This document shows positions 1 through 8,572 of a stretch of 32,000 bases of DNA, piece by piece. The DNA comes from Zestosphaera tikiterensis (lineage in GTDB: Archaea; Thermoproteota; Thermoprotei_A; Sulfolobales; NBVN01), in assembly GCA_003056265.1 (NCBI GenBank), contig NBVN01000007.1:1-32000 (forward strand), in the 5' to 3' direction. Position 1 is the first letter of the stretch. Each line of letters starts with the position of its first letter. The position numbers and the translations under genes were made by a program. The notes beneath the pieces are model-generated. The model did no database searches, had not been told where the DNA came from, and saw only the letters and a list, made by a program, of their open reading frames with translations.

Positions 1-151
1 CTATAGTGCTGTATTCCGTATATGGTGAAGTAATCGTTTTAGTTACGGTAGTTACTTCACTCGGTAATGAAAGCCGATTAATGCTATACGCTATCATAGC
101 TATAAGTATTATGAAAAACAATACCTTTAATAAAGTATTCCTACTAGACAT
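1..151 (-). CDS. Partial CDS, 5' end only (runs off the window start). N-terminal signal-anchor/TM segment, product unknown.
   Basis: Own minus-strand translation from the ATG at 151-149 gives MSSRNTLLKVLFFIILIAMIAYSINRLSLPSEVTTVTKTITSPYTEYSTI..., open to position 1. A basic N-terminus is followed by a hydrophobic stretch. It is not in the ORF track because it is truncated. Confidence 0.35.
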   Translation of the reverse strand, partial: MSSRNTLLKVLFFIILIAMIAYSINRLSLPSEVTTVTKTITSPYTEYSTI

Positions 152-785
152 TAACGACCCCACATCATAACTATAGAGTAAACACCTTTAAACTTAGTTA
201 TCCCTACTTAACACCTAAGTACTGTGATGCCTTCTTTTCAGCTTCTCCTACGATTTCGCGGTATATCCTTGGACCTTTCAACATCTCTTCATTCTGACGC
301 TTCCCTCGACAAACTCCTCAACGCACTTAAATGCATTCTTAAATTCGGCATCGCTGAGCAGATGTTTCAGTATCTCAACGATATAGTCAATCCTTAGAGT
401 AAGCTAGAAGAAAAGTGGAGAAGCGTACTAACCTCAGGGTTCGAGAGGCACGGCTTGCAGTTCTGTTCCTCAGTTACCGTTATTCATCGGGGGGTTATTG
501 CTTCGTCTTTCCGCATTATAGAATTGAGATGCGTAGTGTTGATTATGCTTAAGACAAGAAGTGTGATAGCTATCGATGGTATCATTACTTTATCACTGCA
601 TTATAACTACCTAGCACTATCACACTTTTGATTATGGGATACTCTTTAAAGCTATTCCTTTTGAAACTAATTATTCTCAGAACCAATCCAATCTTTCTTT
701 TCAACATTTCCAGAAACAAGGAGCTATTTTGGGTTATATCTTATTAAAAGATTCTACATCTATAGATTAAATGGAGGTGTAGGGA

Positions 786-1073
786 GTGAAATGCCTAGAG
801 AGCGACTATAGTTATAGTGGAGCTAAAGTTCACGTGGTGGTGTATACTTCATCTGAAGATATATGCAGGGAGGTTAAAGATGCAGAATCGAGAGGAGTTG
901 CTGGTGTTATGGAGTTTCTCGAAAGGCATGGTGGATGCTATGTAAAATCTGAGAAACCTCTAGTTGCTGAGTCAGGAGATGGAAGTGTATCTGTTGAGAT
1001 AAAGCCCATGAACTTTATTGCTAGAACCTTCTGGGCTTCAGCAGTAGAGAAGGCTAGGGAAGTCTGTAGATAG
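786..1073 (+). CDS. Hypothetical protein (95 aa)
   Basis: ORF track. GTG start at 786 preceded by GGAGGTG at 773-779. No recognisable motif. Confidence 0.5.
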   Translation: MKCLESDYSYSGAKVHVVVYTSSEDICREVKDAESRGVAGVMEFLERHGGCYVKSEKPLVAESGDGSVSVEIKPMNFIARTFWASAVEKAREVCR

Positions 1074-1178
1074 TGCACTATACTGTCTAAAAAAGATCGG
1101 CTCATTATAACGTTGCTGATGCGTGTTTGAATAAAAGTTATGAACATGGATGCTAGGTATTGAGCTAGGTGTTAAGTA

Positions 1179-2201
1179 ATGAGAGTGGGTGTTATCGGTT
1201 GTGGCGGTGCTGGCGAAACCCACGTTAGAGGGTATTTAGAGAATGGTTTTAACGTAGGAAGTATATACCTATGTGATGTGGATAAAGGTAGAGTTACTGA
1301 CGTAGCTAGTTCTTTCAACATACCGAGTGAGAACGTCTTCTACGGGGATAAATGCCACCTAGATTTTATCGGTAAAGTCGACGTTGTTAGCATAGCTACA
1401 CCACCTTTCGAAAGGGTTAACATAGTTGAGGACTTATCTCAATACGTTAAAGGCGTTTTAATAGAGAAACCCCTCGCCCATAACGTTGAGGACGCTGTTA
1501 GAATCGTAAATATCTTAAGAAGCTACGGGGTTGTTGACGCTATGGTTTATAACTTGAGGTTCTCGCCGGTGTTTGACTACCTTAAAGGCGTTATTAAGGA
1601 TGCTTCCGTTGTGTTCGTATATCATGAGTTTGGATTCGATTATTTAAACGCAACTGGTTGGAGGGGTAAGCCTGAGTTTGGCGGTGATCACATTGTCGAG
1701 CTCGATATACACGTCATTAACTACGTTAGGTATCTTTTAGGTGAGCCTAAAGCCATACATTCACATGCTTACGACTGCGTTAATGAAGGGATGTGTAGAG
1801 ACGTATATACGATATTCTACTTCAGCAGCAATTCCGCCCACACCTACGTAAGGCATGGAACTGGCAGATCCGGCGATAGGTATTTCTACATGAACGTAGA
1901 GGTTCACAACCCTATGGACGACAGCTACAGAGCCTTCACCGACTGGCCTAACTTCAAATTACTGCATGGAAGTAGGGAGGTGCCTATCGAAGAACCACAT
2001 ATATGGAGAAACATCTACATTACAAACATTATTAAAAACTTCATAAGCAGCGTTAAAGGCGTTGAGAAACCCAAGGCAAACGCTATAGACGGCTATAGAG
2101 ACCTCACTATAGCTTACAGCATTAGAAAATCCATCAAGGAAGGCTATAGATTAAATAAACACGTAATTGGAAAGCCCGTAGAAATAGAGTATATACTATA
2201 G
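1179..2201 (+). CDS. Gfo/Idh/MocA-family NAD(P)-dependent oxidoreductase
   Basis: N-terminal Rossmann signature MRVGVIGCGGAGETH. The family-typical EKP motif is present (VLIEKPLAHNVEDA). Length of 340 aa is typical for the family. Confidence 0.85.
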   Translation: MRVGVIGCGGAGETHVRGYLENGFNVGSIYLCDVDKGRVTDVASSFNIPSENVFYGDKCHLDFIGKVDVVSIATPPFERVNIVEDLSQYVKGVLIEKPLAHNVEDAVRIVNILRSYGVVDAMVYNLRFSPVFDYLKGVIKDASVVFVYHEFGFDYLNATGWRGKPEFGGDHIVELDIHVINYVRYLLGEPKAIHSHAYDCVNEGMCRDVYTIFYFSSNSAHTYVRHGTGRSGDRYFYMNVEVHNPMDDSYRAFTDWPNFKLLHGSREVPIEEPHIWRNIYITNIIKNFISSVKGVEKPKANAIDGYRDLTIAYSIRKSIKEGYRLNKHVIGKPVEIEYIL

Positions 2202-2389
2202 ACTAGATTTACGTCCATATATAGGCTTCAGTCTTTCCGTCTCTATTGTTACACAGCTTCCTATGTAGATAGAAGCTAAATACTAGAAAGAAACCTATCG
2301 AGGGACTTACGGGAGACGTATAAATTAAGAAGAATATGCTTGTTCATGCTTACTGCGAGAAATCACGAAATCTTTTAAGTGCTCTGTGT

Positions 2390-2719
2390 TTAATACTCGC
2401 ATATAACAACGCATGGTGTGAGGACCTCAACGTTTTTAACTAACCTACCCTCGAAGTCTCTAACTCTTATGGCTGCCGCGTTTTTATCCTTCCTAACGAA
2501 CACTTCAGCTTTCAAACCCTTCCCCCTCTCAACGCTTTTTAAGATTTCGAAAACACCGAATTGAGTGATTAGTTGGATGGACTTCATAGGCTGCCTACCG
2601 TAGAAAACCTCCTCAGCCTCAACCCTTAACCGAGTTGAAGTTAAGCTGGTGTAGCTGAAGCCAACGCTACGCGTTGAACCCACCCTTAACCCCCTCAACC
2701 ACTTTGATAAGCTTAACAA
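2390..2719 (-). CDS. Hypothetical small protein; start uncertain (internal ATG at 2587 would give 65 aa)
   Basis: ORF track. The annotated start is a TTG that lies inside the CTTTGATAAGCTTAACAAA motif, so the N-terminal MLSLSK is probably an artefact. The C-terminal part MKSIQLITQFGVFEILKSVERGKG... looks protein-like. Confidence 0.35.
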   Translation of the reverse strand: MLSLSKWLRGLRVGSTRSVGFSYTSLTSTRLRVEAEEVFYGRQPMKSIQLITQFGVFEILKSVERGKGLKAEVFVRKDKNAAAIRVRDFEGRLVKNVEVLTPCVVICEY

Positions 2720-2750
2720 AGCTTATAAACTTTGATAAACTTAACAAAGC
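2702..2750. repeat. Tandem direct repeat (period 28) of CTTTGATAA(G/A)CTTAACAAAGC, overlapping a TATA-like box (CTTATAAA, 2722-2729) about 31-38 nt upstream of the ATG at 2760
   Basis: 2702-2722 and 2730-2750 match at 20 of 21 positions. The same 19-mer, CTTTGATAAGCTTAACAAA, recurs at 29507-29525. Confidence 0.7.
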
Positions 2751-2759
2751 GGTGGACTT

Positions 2760-3110
2760 ATGGGTGGTGAGGAACGTAAGCCTTCATGCCCTAGGTGTGG
2801 CTTACCTATCGAGCGTTTAGTAAGTAAGAAGGTTTTCGGGAGGGTTTATATATACGCATACCATAGGGGTGGTAGGCAATGTTACTTAGGTCCTGAGGGT
2901 GAGTACGTCCTCGTGTCTAAACTTCAGCCATTCACACTCTACCCAATACACGACGCGGATAGGTTAGTTGATTACGCGTTCGGCTTCCTAGAATCTATAA
3001 CACACGAATCTCAAAAACTCACTAAAGAACAAATAAAACAAGTAATAGAATACCTACGTGAAACACTAGAGAAGTTAGAGGAAGAGCTGAAAAGAAGAGA
3101 AGGAGGCTAA
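2760..3110 (+). CDS. Zinc-ribbon protein with a C-terminal coiled-coil-like tail, function unknown
   Basis: CPRCGLP near the N-terminus. A second Cys lies in GGRQCYLGP. E/K-rich C-terminus (LRETLEKLEEELKRREGG). Sits immediately upstream of orc1. Confidence 0.6.
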   Translation: MGGEERKPSCPRCGLPIERLVSKKVFGRVYIYAYHRGGRQCYLGPEGEYVLVSKLQPFTLYPIHDADRLVDYAFGFLESITHESQKLTKEQIKQVIEYLRETLEKLEEELKRREGG

Positions 3111-3236
3111 CACCTTCCTCTACTTAGGTGGGGTTAGCGGAATTTTGAGCGTGTTTGCAGACCGTTAAGTTTATTTTAGCGGAAAAAGACGGGTGTTAGG
3201 GGAAATAGGGGGAAGTAGGGGTTTGGGTGTTCCTCC

Positions 3237-4277
3237 ATGAAAATTCTAAACATTGAAGCGTTATTTCATGACTACATACCGTCGTCTCTACCCTGTAGGG
3301 AAGTTGAGTACAGTCGAATTGCTGAAGAATTCATGTTTGTTGATAAGGGGTTTATGCCTTCGAACATCGTTGTTTTAGGTCCGACGGGAAGCGGTAAGAC
3401 AGTTACTGTTAGGAAGGTGTTAAGTGATATGAAGGTGAATTACGTCTATACGGTCGCTGATAAGTTGGCGTACGCGACGCTCGTGTCTATTGCGGAGAAC
3501 CTAATTAAAAAGAGGTTGTGGGGTTTCTCGTTTGCGGATGTGTGGCGAAGGCTTGATGAGGCGTTGGATAAGAACGTAACTATAGTGATAGATGAGGCGG
3601 AGAGGTTTATAATGAAGGACGAGAGGAGTGATGAGCTCCTCTACTATCTAAGCAGGAGACCTAAGACGAGCGTTATCCTCATAAGTAAGGTGATGAACGT
3701 CTTAGATTACGTGCGGGATGCGGGGGTTCGGTCCTCCCTACGTTCTAAAGTAGTTGTTTTCAAACCTTATAACGCTGATGAGTTGCTGAGGATCTTAACT
3801 GAGAGGGCGAGGGAGGCGTTCGAAGGGGATTTTGCTGAGGAGGGTGTGTTAAGCTACATTTCAGCTATAGCGGCTCAACGCGGAGGGGACGCGAGGTACG
3901 CGATAGACATCTTAAGGGAGGCTGTGAAGTGGGCGTTAAAGACTGGAAGCGAAAAGATAACGCTGGAGCACGCTGAAAAAGCGAAGAAAAGCGTTGAGGA
4001 GAGGTACGTGGAGGAAAGCATGTCAGCACTTTCCACAGCACAGAAGCTAATGCTTCTCGCTGCGGTGAAGTCAAGAACTGTTGGGGAGGCTTACAGAAAC
4101 TTCAACGAGTTAGCGATGAAATACCTCGGAACAACCTACAGCGAAAGAAGGTTAAGAGACATCCTCGGGGAACTGGAGGAGATGGGCTTCATCTCAATAA
4201 AGAGAGAAAAGAAAAGCTGGATCATAGAGAAAAGCACGTGGCTGCCGAAAAACATAGAATCATACCTAACACCCTAA
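3237..4277 (+). CDS. orc1: Orc1/Cdc6 replication initiator (AAA+ plus C-terminal winged helix)
   Basis: Walker A is VVLGPTGSGKT and Walker B is TIVIDEAE. The Orc1/Cdc6 hallmark GGDARYAIDILREA is present. Winged-helix-like C-terminus (LRDILGELEEMGFISIKRE). An ORB-like inverted repeat and an AT-rich unwinding region lie directly downstream. At 346 aa it is short for the family. Confidence 0.92.
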   Translation: MKILNIEALFHDYIPSSLPCREVEYSRIAEEFMFVDKGFMPSNIVVLGPTGSGKTVTVRKVLSDMKVNYVYTVADKLAYATLVSIAENLIKKRLWGFSFADVWRRLDEALDKNVTIVIDEAERFIMKDERSDELLYYLSRRPKTSVILISKVMNVLDYVRDAGVRSSLRSKVVVFKPYNADELLRILTERAREAFEGDFAEEGVLSYISAIAAQRGGDARYAIDILREAVKWALKTGSEKITLEHAEKAKKSVEERYVEESMSALSTAQKLMLLAAVKSRTVGEAYRNFNELAMKYLGTTYSERRLRDILGELEEMGFISIKREKKSWIIEKSTWLPKNIESYLTP

Positions 4278-4279
4278 CA

Positions 4280-4307
4280 CAGACACCCCCGGGGGTATTT
4301 CCGGTAA
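4280..4307 (+). repeat. ORB-like box, left arm of the 28-bp perfect inverted repeat
   Basis: CAGACACCCCCGGGGGTATTTCCGGTAA. It combines a G/C string with a TTTCCGG element, the general architecture of archaeal origin recognition boxes. Confidence 0.8.
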
Positions 4308-4680
4308 AAATCGAAACTGTAAACTCTGCAATTTTAGTTTTATCATTCTCTCATTATAGAACCTTCTATTAATAAAAATTAAAAATAAAAATTTAATAAA
4401 AATAAAAATAAAAAATAAAAATAAAATTTAAAATTAATTAAATAAATTAAAAATTATTTCTTATTCTATATTAATTATATTATTTTTATTTAATGAATTC
4501 TTTATTTAGAGATCATGATACAAACCGCGCCTTCAATGCTTTTGCTTATTTGCACATCGGTCTCTTTTGAAGATTCTCATGTGATAGTATGGAAGGATTT
4601 TCGGTTTTTTGATGGTGGTTTTGAATTTTGTTTTTATTTTTGTGTTTTTTGTTTTGTTTTCGTTCTCTTTATTGTTTGTT

Positions 4681-4696
4681 TTGATAAGCTTATCAA
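4681..4696. promoter_or_regulatory. Perfect 16-bp palindrome TTGATAAGCTTATCAA (candidate protein-binding site inside the origin region)
   Basis: Read directly. One member of a motif family in this window (2702, 2730, 5004, 5100, 29507). Confidence 0.5.
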
Positions 4697-4728
4697 AGAA
4701 CTTTTCTGATCTGCATATCTTTTAGTGG

Positions 4729-4756
4729 TTACCGGAAATACCCCCGGGGGTGTCTG
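4729..4756 (-). repeat. ORB-like box, right arm of the 28-bp perfect inverted repeat
   Basis: TTACCGGAAATACCCCCGGGGGTGTCTG is the exact reverse complement of 4280-4307. Confidence 0.8.
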
Positions 4757-5003
4757 CGTTAGTAATTTTGGGTTTCTCTGGTTTTGGTTTCCACTTGAAG
4801 TGAACTCCCCCTTCCTTTCTGTGTTAGTTTTCTTAACTTGAAGCATTTACCTACAGAAGTACTTACTTGAAGTGTTTGAAGTTCTCGTCATGTCGTATTC
4901 ACGCGCGGGGTAACGCAGGACTGTTCAGCTTCCGTTTCGTTTTATCGAGTTCTCTACCTACAGATCATGACACAAACTCCACTTGCATTTTCTGCGTGGT
5001 TTG

Positions 5004-5015
5004 GATAAGCTTATC
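5004..5015. promoter_or_regulatory. GATAAGCTTATC palindrome (same family)
   Basis: 12-bp perfect palindrome core read directly. Confidence 0.45.
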
Positions 5016-5099
5016 AGAAACACATCATTTAAAGTTAGTAGTTGCTGCGTGTGTATCGTAACTCTCACTCTAGAAGCGAGGCTGAATTAATGTTTCTTA

Positions 5100-5115
5100 T
5101 TGATAAGCTTATCAG
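5100..5115. promoter_or_regulatory. TTGATAAGCTTATCAG palindrome (same family; 15 of 16 identical to 4681-4696)
   Basis: Read directly. Confidence 0.45.
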
Positions 5116-5327
5116 AGTTCCTGCGCTTTAGCTGTCCGCAACCGTCCTAGTGGGCAGTTGGGCACTTAAATAAAGCTAGAAAGAAGCGAGTTCTACAACC
5201 ATCTCACATCTATCTAGTTGATTTGTTAAATAAATGAGGAACGGCATTCATAACTACTACTAAGCCCTATTGTTTAAAGAGTTTGTAAACCTGATTTAAT
5301 GCTTAACTTTACTTTTTTTTATTTCGT

Positions 5328-5891
5328 CTAGAGGTACTTTCTCAGTTCTTCTTCGTACTTCTTTTTTAGTTCTTGGTATTTCTCTTCACTTATTCTTCCG
5401 AACTCATATTCCTTCTCAAGTTCTTTTATCTTCTCCTCGATTTTACTTCTTTCTTTATACCTCCTCAGCAATTCCTCAATCTTAGTTCTTATGTTCATCG
5501 GATCTGAAACACCTATCATAATGACTGACCCAGCATACTGGCCTGGAGTACTTATAATCACATTCCCATAGTTTAGGATTCTCCCCATTAAGCCTTGAGA
5601 TATAGCTGTGCCAGTAATCCACTCGTTCTTAATCTCAAATACGTGCCTAGCAATTATACCGTACTTAACGTAAATACGCTTGTTTGACATAAAATACTCA
5701 GAGGCATAGACTCTAAGCACAGCGATTATGAAGAAGATTATACCAAGCCCAAAGAGGAAAATTGTTAACACTCCAAGAAGGAGGAGTACCCAGTTCGCCT
5801 TCCAACTCATCCTACCGTACCAGTAAGGAATTTCTCCCTCAACTAAAACAAAACCGCTAGGAATCTTTAATTTATCCAATATTAACACCAC
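5328..5891 (-). CDS. Membrane protein with a bacterial-type PH domain (bPH_2/YdbS-like) and a SHOCT-like C-terminal helix
   Basis: Two hydrophobic helices (WVLLLLGVLTIFLFGLGIIFFIIAVL). These are followed by the bPH_2-like pattern FMSNKRIYVKYGIIARHVFEIKNEWITGTAISQGLMGRILNYGNVIISTPG. The C-terminus GRISEEKYQELKKKYEEEL resembles SHOCT. Confidence 0.75.
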   Translation of the reverse strand: MVLILDKLKIPSGFVLVEGEIPYWYGRMSWKANWVLLLLGVLTIFLFGLGIIFFIIAVLRVYASEYFMSNKRIYVKYGIIARHVFEIKNEWITGTAISQGLMGRILNYGNVIISTPGQYAGSVIMIGVSDPMNIRTKIEELLRRYKERSKIEEKIKELEKEYEFGRISEEKYQELKKKYEEELRKYL

Positions 5892-6253
5892 CTAATATAA
5901 CTACATCTACCATATAAGAATAGTAAAATAACAAATATAAATCTTACCTTACTTATCGAGGCTTATCAAGGAAAGCTAGCTTCCCTTCCGTTTCGTTGTA
6001 GAGCTAGATATAATATGATATGGGGAAGTAGTTTCCTCTTACTGCATCCCTAGGGTTGGAGCACTCCACCGTAGGGCGGGTTATGAATGTTATGAAGCTT
6101 CGTAAATTTCATAAGTCCCAAGGGGAACAGGTGTTAACACCGTTGTGGAGTATATAATTAAGTGTAAATTTACACCCAAATAATGAAACAAATTTTTAGT
6201 ACTCATGCTAGTTGTTATATATGTGAAAAACTCTTGAAATGAGGTTTTCCCTT

Positions 6254-6535
6254 GAAAATCTAACTCACGGGTAAAGCAGTAGAAAATCTACCCCTCGATA
6301 AGAGTGAGTGTTAGAAAATCTAATAGAGGGTTAGACCCTGAGAGTAGATTCTCTGGGGGTAAGCCTAGAAAATCTAGTTCCTACGTGAGTTAGATTTCAT
6401 GAGGTTTTAGAGGTCTTGAAAAGCTAATCCCCCCTCAAGTGTAGATTTACACTCTACTAGAGTGTAAGCCTACGCCCACGCTTGAAGCCCTGAAAATCTA
6501 GTTGGAGGTGTAGTTAAGCCTCGATTAACTACACC
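6254..6535. repeat. Non-coding iteron-like block: five or more GAAAATCTA units plus inverted TAGATT(T/C)xx units and nested hairpins
   Basis: GAAAATCTA occurs at 6254, 6282, 6314, 6368 and 6492, with GAAAAGCTA at 6418. Inverted TAGATT units lie at 6345, 6391 and 6442. Inverted repeat between 6254-6269 and 6384-6398. An 11-bp-stem hairpin pairs GGTGTAGTTAA (6507-6517) with TTAACTACACC (6525-6535). No ORF spans the block. Confidence 0.7.
6415..6500 (+). repeat. Copy A of an ~85-bp repeat (inverted partner at 26362-26446)
   Basis: By-eye alignment of 6415-6500 with the reverse complement of 26362-26446 gives about 80 percent identity with one 1-nt gap. The identical 22-mer core is ATTTACACTCTACTAGAGTGTA. 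Confidence 0.75.
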
Positions 6536-6607
6536 CCCTAGGCGGTTAAACCACCCTACATGTGTCAGTATTATATATTATATTATAGGAAGCTAATTCT
6601 TTTTCAA

Positions 6608-7258
6608 CTACCCCTCTTTATGTTTGGTTTTCATGTTCTCAACCATTCCAATCTTTTCCTTCCGTTCAAACACTCGTATCTCCTCAGGCTTCGGGAGATC
6701 CTTAATACTGTAAACCTTAGCGTAAACCCTAGATCCATAAACCCTGAAGACCGCGTCCCTCCCGACTGGTTCTACGCCTAAGTCCAAACCAACCCTCACT
6801 TCCTTACCTCTCTTCACAATCCTATCCACAAACCCAACCTCCTCAATAAAACCTAAGAAGACGAACGGAGCGATAACACGTTGGATATAACACCTATCGG
6901 GAGTTAAAGAGAAGGAAACGTTAACAACCCTATACACTATTGGAACAGCATGCATAAAGCTCCAGACGAACGTCACCCACCCGTAATCGTCAACGCACAT
7001 ATCAGTCATTTTTCTCATAGGACCAACTGTGTAGTAAAGGTTGAAGTAGTCATAATTTGGATTAAGAAGAGAAAGAAAGTTACCAAGAGAAACATATATC
7101 TTTCTTAATTTTAACGTTTCATGATCTATCACCGTGTCAACTAAGACGTTAAGCTCAGGAAACACGTCACAAACAATCTTCACTTTACACATTGCCATTT
7201 CCAATGCTATGAAGTGAAAAGAAAATGAATAAACTTTCACGTGAATGTGTCTAGACAT
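6608..7258 (-). CDS. Hypothetical protein (216 aa; real start possibly the internal Met at about 7198)
   Basis: ORF track, no recognisable motif. The A/T-rich TATA-like sequence abuts the annotated ATG, so a downstream start (MAMCKVKIV...) is plausible. Confidence 0.5.
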   Translation of the reverse strand: MSRHIHVKVYSFSFHFIALEMAMCKVKIVCDVFPELNVLVDTVIDHETLKLRKIYVSLGNFLSLLNPNYDYFNLYYTVGPMRKMTDMCVDDYGWVTFVWSFMHAVPIVYRVVNVSFSLTPDRCYIQRVIAPFVFLGFIEEVGFVDRIVKRGKEVRVGLDLGVEPVGRDAVFRVYGSRVYAKVYSIKDLPKPEEIRVFERKEKIGMVENMKTKHKEG

Positions 7259-7947
7259 AGATATAATATATAATAGGAAACATTTTCTTTTTTTAACTAG
7301 TTAAACCCTCTTCACCCTCTGGTGCATATTGTTGCTTCTGCTTAAGTTCTTCTAAATGTAGGTCTAGAGGGGAATTTCGCTAAGTAGATATAATATATTT
7401 TTATTATAGGCAGACTTTGGTTTACCTAAAGGTAAACTTTCTTTCCTACGTTACCTTTTCTACGTTACTTGGTACCCCCTTTAGGGGGTAAGAACGGGTT
7501 CGCTTATGATGGAAATGAAATCGCAATCGCTATTATCATTATTATTAGAACTGGAATAATAATAGTATTAGGATTAGTTTCCCTTTACTCAGCGATACCC
7601 CCCGTCTAGAAAAAAGGTAGTAAAACTTTACCTCTGCTTTTCAGTCCTTTTCCCTAGAGTTTTATCTGTTATTAGAACCTTTCTTTGAAATGAATCTTCG
7701 GATAAAACAGATTTGCTTTACTAGTTGCTGAATTTAAAAAGCACTTTGAAGGGTTATAGGTAGGCCGGTAACAAGCAGATAAACACAACGAGTATTAGGA
7801 GTAGGATCAACGATGTTGGAGTAGGTCTGATCAAGGAGAAAATCTACACGCTAGATACTGGAGAGTATGTTGAAGTCCAAAGTTTAACAGAAATTCTAGG
7901 CTGGCTTAGCGATAATAACCGTACATTACTGGAGAAGCAATAGTGCT

Positions 7948-8572
7948 AGGCTGGATACGCTTCTTAAAAGGTTTAGGAAGGAGGGAAAGCACGGCGAGCA
8001 GCGTAAAGCCCTGAGAATAATAGCAAAGATTGTGGCCAACACGAGGCACTTGGTTGAGGACTACGCGGCATGGATAGCGGCAAAGACAGGACTAGCAGTA
8101 GGGAAGATAGCATCACTCCTACGATAAGCGACAGAGCACTATTCGGGACTCCGACCACTCACCCGCTTAAGCCTTGCACAAAACCGATAATCCCTCGACA
8201 AGTCGAGATACCTGCATCGGTGTCATGTACGTGCGATTGGGCCAGTATGATATCGTCTTTCGAGCTCGATAAGGGAGTATAAAAGGAGTATACAGGATCC
8301 TGCTTGTAAGCAAAGACGGTTCCGAGACATTTATAGTACTGAGAGTTAAAGACATGTATAGAGCTTGGCTACTAGCTTTTGGCGATCAGAGTACAAGAGT
8401 TGCTGATGAGCTAAAATGGGGGACTACTCATGTGTTAGCTGGTATGGTTTTTAATACTCGACGTGATATTGTACTCATTAAAGATCCTAACGAAAATATC
8501 CTAGATGTTAAAGTATCACAAGAGAGGGAAACAGCTCATTTCTTTTTAACCCACCTTAAGACGGTGTTGTGA
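7948..8572 (+). pseudogene. Possible decayed transposase-like gene, broken over at least two frames
   Basis: Own translation: 7948-8127 reads RLDTLLKRFRKEGKHGEQRKALRIIAKIVANTRHLVEDYAAWIAAKTGLAVGKIASLLR then a stop. ORF 8354-8572 ends ...ILDVKVSQERETAHFFLTHLKTVL. That ending resembles, from memory, the (V/L)DxxxSxxRxxxxAxxFLxxxL region of IS6-type DDE transposases. Only short overlapping ORFs lie between the two pieces. Confidence 0.3.

Larger units (their letters stand above)
4280..4756. other. Candidate chromosomal replication origin (oriC): inverted ORB-like boxes flanking an AT-rich DUE
   Basis: A perfect 28-bp inverted repeat (4280-4307, CAGACACCCCCGGGGGTATTTCCGGTAA, and its exact reverse complement at 4729-4756) encloses a 93-nt run of pure A/T (4367-4459). 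The near-pure A/T continues to about 4495. It starts 3 nt after the orc1 stop codon. Confidence 0.85.

Noticed and set aside
228-400. Minus-strand protein-like fragments (…IDYIVEILKHLLSDAEFKNAFKCVEEFVEGSV and, in another frame, QNEEMLKGPRIYREIVGEAEKKASQYLGVK)
   Set aside because: There is no start codon and a frameshift would be required. It may be a small pseudogene, but the evidence is too thin to annotate.
400-480. tRNA-like fragment (CAGGGTTCGAGAGG), plus a window-wide scan for tRNA or rRNA genes
   Set aside because: No acceptor/T-arm pairing or cloverleaf could be built here, at 3725, or at 7471-7500 (a TACCCCC/GGGGGTA hairpin). No tRNA or rRNA gene is supported in this window.
3865-4074. 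Minus-strand ORF 3865-4074
   Set aside because: It is an antisense shadow inside the well-supported orc1/cdc6 gene.
4515-5061. ORFs 4515-4709, 4634-4846 and 4867-5061
   Set aside because: They lie in the origin and low-complexity T-rich region, overlap each other on opposite strands and have low-complexity products (FCFYFCVFCFVFVLF...). They are more likely artefacts of oriC sequence.
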